Part shown: positions 58,299 through 64,000 of the stretch, in pieces | How the letters are laid out: each line of letters starts with the position of its first letter | Position numbering within the stretch: the stretch's first letter is position 1 | Assembly: GCF_001194135.2 (NCBI RefSeq) | Contig: NC_068989.1 | Coordinates: 85,783,111 to 85,847,110, forward strand | Length of the DNA stretch: 64,000 bases | From: Octopus bimaculoides | Lineage: Eukaryota | Direction of reading: 5' to 3' | The notes under the pieces: model-generated | Database searches by the model: none | The model's input: only the letters and a program-made list of their open reading frames with translations | Told to the model about the DNA's origin: nothing | Program-made: the position numbers and the translations under genes

Positions 58299-59483
58299 AT
58301 TGGGTTGGCAACTATGTTCCCGCCGTTTAAAAAAAAATTTTGGAATGTATTTCTTCCGAGAATTCTATTTTTGAATCATTTTGGAATCTATTTTTTTTCT
58401 AGTTAATTTTTGTTTATTTTCAGATCATTAAAATGAAATGTCAAGTTAAGAAAAACGAGCATTTTCGACACCTCCTACTTTTTGCTTTTAATCAAGGTTC
58501 TAAGGCCGCAAAAGCTGCTCGTGACATTTGTACTGTGTGTGAAGAGGGTGCTATAGCTGAAAGAACCTCTTGTGATTGGTATGCCGGGTTCAAAAATGGA
58601 AATTTTGACCTCAAAGACGCATCTCGCTCTGGCCGTCCAATTGAATTCGATGAAGAGCGATTAAAGCAACTTTTGCACGAAAATTTTCGACAAACGACAA
58701 GGGAACTGGCAGAGAAAATGGAATGCTCTCACACTGCTATAGAGAAGCATCTTCACTCGATGGGAAAGGTTCAGAAGTATGGAGCATGGGTTCCGCATGC
58801 TTTAAGTGACAACAAAAATCAACGAGTTACAATCTCCGCTGGTTTCCTTGCTCGTCACCGCTCAACTCATGGACACAAGAAACGATTTCTTTACCGAATC
58901 GTTACTGGCGACGAAAAATGGTGCCTGTACATCAATATGAAGCAGTGTAAGGAATGGCTAAGCCCCGGTAAACAAGTGACACCACACGTGAAACAAGATC
59001 TTCATCCACGTAAAACGATGTTGTGCGTATGGTGGGACTGGGAAGGGATTATCCATTACGAATTGCTTGAACGGAACCAAACGGTCAACGCGGAACTCTA
59101 TATTCAACAGAAAGAACGACTCAACATGGTTATTCAAGAGAAAAGACCTAATCGGCAGCATGGTGTTCTGCTCCACGACAACGCCCGCTCTCATATCGCT
59201 AATATGACCAAGGAAGCCATTCAAACGCATGGCTGGGAAATGCTGCCACGCCCGCCATACTCTCCTGATTTGGCACCAACGGATTTCCTCCTCTTTCGAT
59301 CTCTTTCAAATGCTATGCGCGGAGTTTCGTTCAATTCTGATGCAGAATTGAGAGCTTGGTTGGATCAATTTTTCGAGTCGAAATCGGGTGATTTCTACGA
59401 ACGAGGTATTGAAAATCTTGTTGAACGTTGGGAAGAAGTTTGTAAACAACAAGGGTGAATACATTATTGATTAATTAGTTGAT
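58299..59483 (+). mobile_element. Mariner transposon, mellifera-like, right TIR missing
   Basis: Left TIR-like ATTGGGTTGGCAACTA at about 58299 followed by the transposase ORF; no reverse-complement TIR found downstream. Confidence 0.9.
58433..59458 (+). CDS. Mariner D,D34D transposase, 341 aa, with a terminal +1 frameshift
   Basis: WVPHAL, IVTGDEKW, LLHDNARSH and YSPDLAPTDF motifs; 34 residues between the 2nd and 3rd Asp. Removing one T near 59440 restores the ending VVNNKGEYIID* (stop at 59474). Confidence 0.9.
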   Translation: MKCQVKKNEHFRHLLLFAFNQGSKAAKAARDICTVCEEGAIAERTSCDWYAGFKNGNFDLKDASRSGRPIEFDEERLKQLLHENFRQTTRELAEKMECSHTAIEKHLHSMGKVQKYGAWVPHALSDNKNQRVTISAGFLARHRSTHGHKKRFLYRIVTGDEKWCLYINMKQCKEWLSPGKQVTPHVKQDLHPRKTMLCVWWDWEGIIHYELLERNQTVNAELYIQQKERLNMVIQEKRPNRQHGVLLHDNARSHIANMTKEAIQTHGWEMLPRPPYSPDLAPTDFLLFRSLSNAMRGVSFNSDAELRAWLDQFFESKSGDFYERGIENLVERWEEVCKQQG

Positions 59484-59491
59484 ACTATTCC

Positions 59492-59615
59492 GGTAAATTT
59501 TCAGATTAACACCCGCACGATTTTCACTAGGGTGTTAGGGTTAGGGACGGAATTCTCTAACCTTAACCCTAACACCCTAGTGAAGATCGTGCGGGTGTTA
59601 ATCTGAAAATTTACC
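59492..59615. mobile_element. 124-bp foldback element with telomeric TTAGGG repeats
   Basis: 55-bp arms (59492-59546 and 59561-59615), 53/55 complementary; GGTA...TACC ends; flanks ACTATTCC and ACTATTAC. Confidence 0.8.
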
Positions 59616-59781
59616 ACTATTACCTTGTAAAATTTGATTTGATTTGGTGGAAACGTTTGAGAAAGCATTGGGAACAGACAAAGAATTTTATATACATAGA
59701 TTAACCAAATAGAAACACATGCACGAACTGCTTATTTAACGATAAATGCCACTATAATTATTATAGATAAATTTCTTAATA

Positions 59782-59871
<90 letters not shown>

Positions 59872-59907
59872 TATTAAGCACGTGTATTAAACGTTAATTT
59901 AAGGGTT

Positions 59908-60192
59908 GGTACTACTAAAGCAGCGCGGACCCGAACGCGCAGTCGCGCGTCCGCGCTAGCTAGTCTTGAGTGGTCGATCCTAACCCTAACCCTAACCCTA
60001 ACCCTGTCCCTAACCCTAACCCTAACCCTATCCCAAACCCTAACCCCATCCCTAACCCGCGCGTGCAAATGAATACGTGTTTAGGGTTAGGGTTAGGGTT
60101 AGGAATAGGGTTAGGGTTAGGATCGACCACTCACGACTAGCTAGCGCGGACGCGCGACTGCGCGTTCGGGTCCGCGCTGCTTTAGTAGTACC
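59908..60192. mobile_element. 285-bp foldback element with a telomeric core and 6-bp TSD AGGGTT
   Basis: 72-bp arms, 71/72 complementary; (CCCTAA)n at about 59980-60058 and (TTAGGG)n at about 60081-60120; AGGGTT directly repeated at 59902-59907 and 60193-60198. Confidence 0.88.
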
Positions 60193-60929
60193 AGGGTTAA
60201 TATGTAACTGTAAATACTTATAACGTTACACCTGCAGCGATAATTATTAACTGGTAATTGAAAGATAAATGTGTATTTTTAAATACCTTGGATTTGGTTT
60301 CATCACATTAGAATTAAAGTGAAACAGCAGTCACTTTTGACACGTAATACCGAACCAGGCTAAAAGATTGTTCCGGGTCCGCGTTAGGCAAGAAGTTGAA
60401 ATTTTTTTTTGACCCATGACACTTCATGGACCCTAAGTAATGCATATGTAAAATTTGAATGAAATTCCAGAAAAAGTTTTTGAAATATGTTACAGAGGTT
60501 TAAAGTTTGATAATTTTTACCCAATCAGAAAACCGGGTTTGTGCGCGATAGCTGTGTATTATAAAACGAAAGTAAATATCGGAAGACGAAGTTTGAAAGA
60601 AAACGAAAGTAATTGCATGGCATAAGAAGAGAGAGGGAGGAGGAGGCAGCGTGTGTGAGAGGTAATACATGTACAGACAAAGAGAGGGTGAATGACAAAG
60701 AGTGAGGTAAATATATAAAGGCGAAGCCGTTAAAAAGAAAATAAGAGAGATTGAAGGTGACAGATAGAGAGTGGGAGAGTTGTCGATCTAAAAGTCGAGT
60801 TCTCGTAGAAAATTATATATTTTTTTTATTATTTAAAGACAAACTTCTCTTTGGGAGACAGATTTCGAAAATCAAATTCATTTTTCTCGAGGACACACCG
60901 TTTCAGAGGTACACTTTATGGAGTTTATT

Positions 60930-61720
60930 CCGACGCGTTTTCTTCATATTAAACAGGGCCATCTCCCTGAAGGGATTTGTGATTTGTTTGTTTTCTTACT
61001 TACTAAGATTTTGGTCTTTACTAAATTAATTCTAAGGCCTTTTAATTCTAGACTTTGCTTCCACACCTGAATTTCCTTCTCTAGTTCTTCTAGTGATTCA
61101 GCTATAAGAACAAGGTCATCAGCATAGAGGAGTTCCAAGGGCAGTCTAAATTCTTCTGTTATGGCCTGGAGGAATGAACAAGAGGGGACTGAGAACCAAT
61201 CCTTGGTAAAATTCCTACATGTATGCTGAATTTATTTCTATTCTCGTTGCCGACTTTCACCTTACTGACAGCATCTAAGTACATGGCTTGTACAACTCTC
61301 ATCAACCACTCATCTATCCCTAGCTTCCGCATTGCCCACCAGATAAGGGAGAGGGGGACCCTGTCAAAGGCTTTCTCCATGTCAACAAACGCCAAGTCCA
61401 GAGGTGTATGTTTGGCTAAGTACTTCTCCTGCAGCTGCCTTGCTAGGAATATAGCATCAATAGTGCTTCTCTCTGGCACAGAACCAGTTCATTATCCAAT
61501 TAGTTGAGCTTTGACCTCTCTGTAACTGTCATCATCTGGTCCAGCAATTTGATACCTCTGTAATTATTTCTGTCTAAGGCATCACCTTTAACTTTGACTA
61601 TAATGCTGCTACACTAGTCATTGGGTATGAGTCCCTTGTGGACAATCTGGTTAATTACACATGTGACTAGACCATATCCCATCCCGCTAGATATTTTAAG
61701 CATCTCAGCGGTGATTCCTT
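60930..61720 (-). mobile_element. RTE-clade LINE reverse transcriptase relic
   Basis: RSTIDAIFLARQLQEKY...AFVDMEKAFDRVP and LLYADDLVLIAES...GLRINLVKTKIL. Confidence 0.88.
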
Positions 61721-63342
61721 AAGCTCTCTGCAGATAAATATACATCAGGCTAACAAAAAAGTCTTGTGATTTGTATCGTATACTTCAGGCAATCCAAAAT
61801 CAAAGTTCGTCACCAATCAAATTTGTAAATCCACCGTTCATTACCCAGTTAAGATGGTATGGTTTTTACACAGTGAAACATAAAATAGACAGATACAATG
61901 GGGTATTTATTTATTATAAGCTTACAGCAGTTTCATATATACGTTTGGGTGCGTTCATTATTTCTGTCATGTATGTCTGTCTGTCATTTTTCAGTTTTAT
62001 TTCAAGATTTCTTGCCAATGGAGAAAGAGCCGCTTTCTAAACTAGATCCAAGGCTCATTCATTGAAATTTCAACAACATCAACAGGATATTTTTGTATGT
62101 ATGTATTTGTGCAGAATTGTATGTTTTGTTTTATGTATGTATTCTCATGCACATAGTCGCATGTCTAGACATGCTCACACATACTTAAATAACAAACATT
62201 CCACCAGCACTCCTTTTTATTATGAGTGGTTTGGGCTTCTACCATACTATGGGTTCTTATTTCTTTGGCCTAGGGTATTCTTCCGACAGATCTCATCATA
62301 CTGTTTACAGTGTCTTAGCCACATCATGTCTTATCAGTAGATAATACCGTGATGTATGTATGTGTGTCATATATATATGTGTATTTATGTAAGTGTGTGC
62401 GTGAGCGTGTGTTCTTTAAAAGGTGTGCCAAAAGTCGGGACATGTTACAAAAGTAGCTCAGTTCCACACTTCACTGTTATGCTCAACGTTGTTTGACAAT
62501 TATCATGACTGCAGATAGGTTAGTGTAAAAATCACCAAACTAAACAACCTGTCAGTATTTCCACGAACTTCAGGCATAATGAAAGAAACATTACAGTTAA
62601 TAGCTTCTCACAGAGGAAGGATAGAGTGAGACACACTATTAGGTATATTAATAGACAACTGTTTAACCTCCAGGTCGCTCGTTGCCAAACGAAATATTAC
62701 TTAGTTGAAAATTGAGAAACTGAAGGTAGGCCTTAATTCTATATGCTTCTCCTTTCTAATTGTTCCTACCGTTGACCAACAGGTTTAAAAAATATATTGT
62801 TTTCAGCTGTTACCATTCCTTCTGCTAAGCTATTCCAAATGTTTACTGTTCTTGTACGGAATGTTTCTTCACCTTTTGGATAATTTTTTATGGGTAAAAT
62901 TTTCACAGTATCCCCACTGTGTTATATTTACCTGAGATCCTACTTCAAAGGTGATGCAATAACTAAAATCCTTTTCATAGTGTTCATTAACCCACATCTG
63001 TTCCCTCACCGATTTTGTTTTCTCATAACTTCCGGAAAAATTAATATTTTGCAATGAAGTTTTCTGTAAATACGTCTCAGATGGTGTAGATCCCAATTAT
63101 ATCGGAATTAGTTGTGAAAAAAAAGTTTTTCTGTGGGTGGGAAGAGGAGTTTCGGAAAATTCAAACGAGTTGATTTTGTTTCCTCATAGCTTTCAGAAAA
63201 ATGAGTATTTTTAAAGAAATTTCCCACAAATAGAGTCTGTAAATTATGAATATATTGGAATTTGATGTGAAAAGAAAAATAGTGAGCATGCACATATACT
63301 GACAGACGTCACAATTTCTTTCGAAATTTCATTTTGTAGGTA

Positions 63343-63522
63343 TAGAAAGAAGTGCTGAAAGGTTCCTGGCTTTGGGTAAAAGAAAATACAGGAGGATCAG
63401 TTAATTATGATTTTATTCAACATATCCCCTTCTCAGATTCACACACTTATTGCAGCAGTCCTTCAGTTCTAAGCCTTGTAAAAAAAACTCGGAAAGTTGG
63501 GCCACCAATCAGGCCTTTCGTG
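63343..63522. mobile_element. Mariner-type MITE, copy 4 (3'-truncated)
   Basis: Left TIR and internal body present; right TIR absent. Confidence 0.75.
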
Positions 63523-64000
63523 TAGTTCCATCGCGTGACTTTTAGAGACCCCTTGCACTTTTTTGTTTCGAGGCCCCATTCCTTCAATCAAAATTCATAA
63601 CCTATGCACCTTTTGTTCATAGCTTTATTTTACTTTATTCTATCTAAAGTTCAGTATTTCACGTTATCATAAAGAACATCTTTAAAAGTACAAGTTAAAT
63701 TTATTTAGGTCCATTACAATTTCAATAAGTAAAACTTCCAGATATGAATAAAAGAACACTTTTATGATCCAGGCAACTTTCAAAGACAAACACGGCGCAC
63801 TTTTCGCTTTGCGAAATCATCGATCAGTTCAGAATAATCAAGGTAAGAGCTAAGTTCGTGTTCAATAGATATCAGAAACAGGTGAGTTTTTCAAAACTAA
63901 AACTGATGAAGAAAACACAGCTACGGTCAACAGTTTTACGAGATAGACCAAATAATTTGGCGAAAATGACATTACAAAAGATAATTTACTTTGAAATGAT

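Noticed and set aside
59975-60125. Chromosome end or telomere fusion site
   Set aside because: The repeats are short, enclosed by unique 72-bp inverted arms and a TSD, and ordinary sequence continues on both sides. CCCTAA-then-TTAGGG is also the opposite of an end-to-end fusion polarity.
52355-60192. Functional link between telomeric repeats and SMARCAL1, a telomere-maintenance factor
   Set aside because: They are about 7 kb apart with unrelated TEs between; nothing in the sequence supports more than coincidence.

Overview
AT-rich eukaryotic genomic scaffold with N gaps, not a prokaryote. The SINE families, the tandem C2H2 gene and the microsatellite load point to a coleoid cephalopod, most likely Octopus (inference). 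Two protein-coding genes are well supported, both on the minus strand. (1) A single-coding-exon C2H2 zinc-finger gene, 25267-27426, 719 aa from the first ATG, with 19 canonical fingers plus one C2HC-type finger. (2) SMARCAL1/HARP, whose 16 coding exons I reconstructed by hand between 52355 and 36218; all introns are GT-AG and in phase, giving 769 aa. The rest is transposon-rich: several tRNA/RTE-related SINE families, Tc1/mariner and hAT MITEs, a near-intact D,D34D mariner (58299-59483), RTE and R4/Dong LINE relics, and a minimal Gypsy LTR element (14449-16011). The most unusual signals are: two foldback elements with GGTA...TACC ends carrying telomeric TTAGGG repeats, one with a telomere-hexamer target duplication; a DNMT1-like PCNA-binding (PIP) motif in the SMARCAL1 tail; inverted SINE pairs closely bracketing SMARCAL1 exon blocks; and a duplicated upstream block with a conserved splice donor in front of the ZNF gene. 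Almost all other ORFs in the supplied track are spurious (N runs, microsatellites, non-ATG starts).
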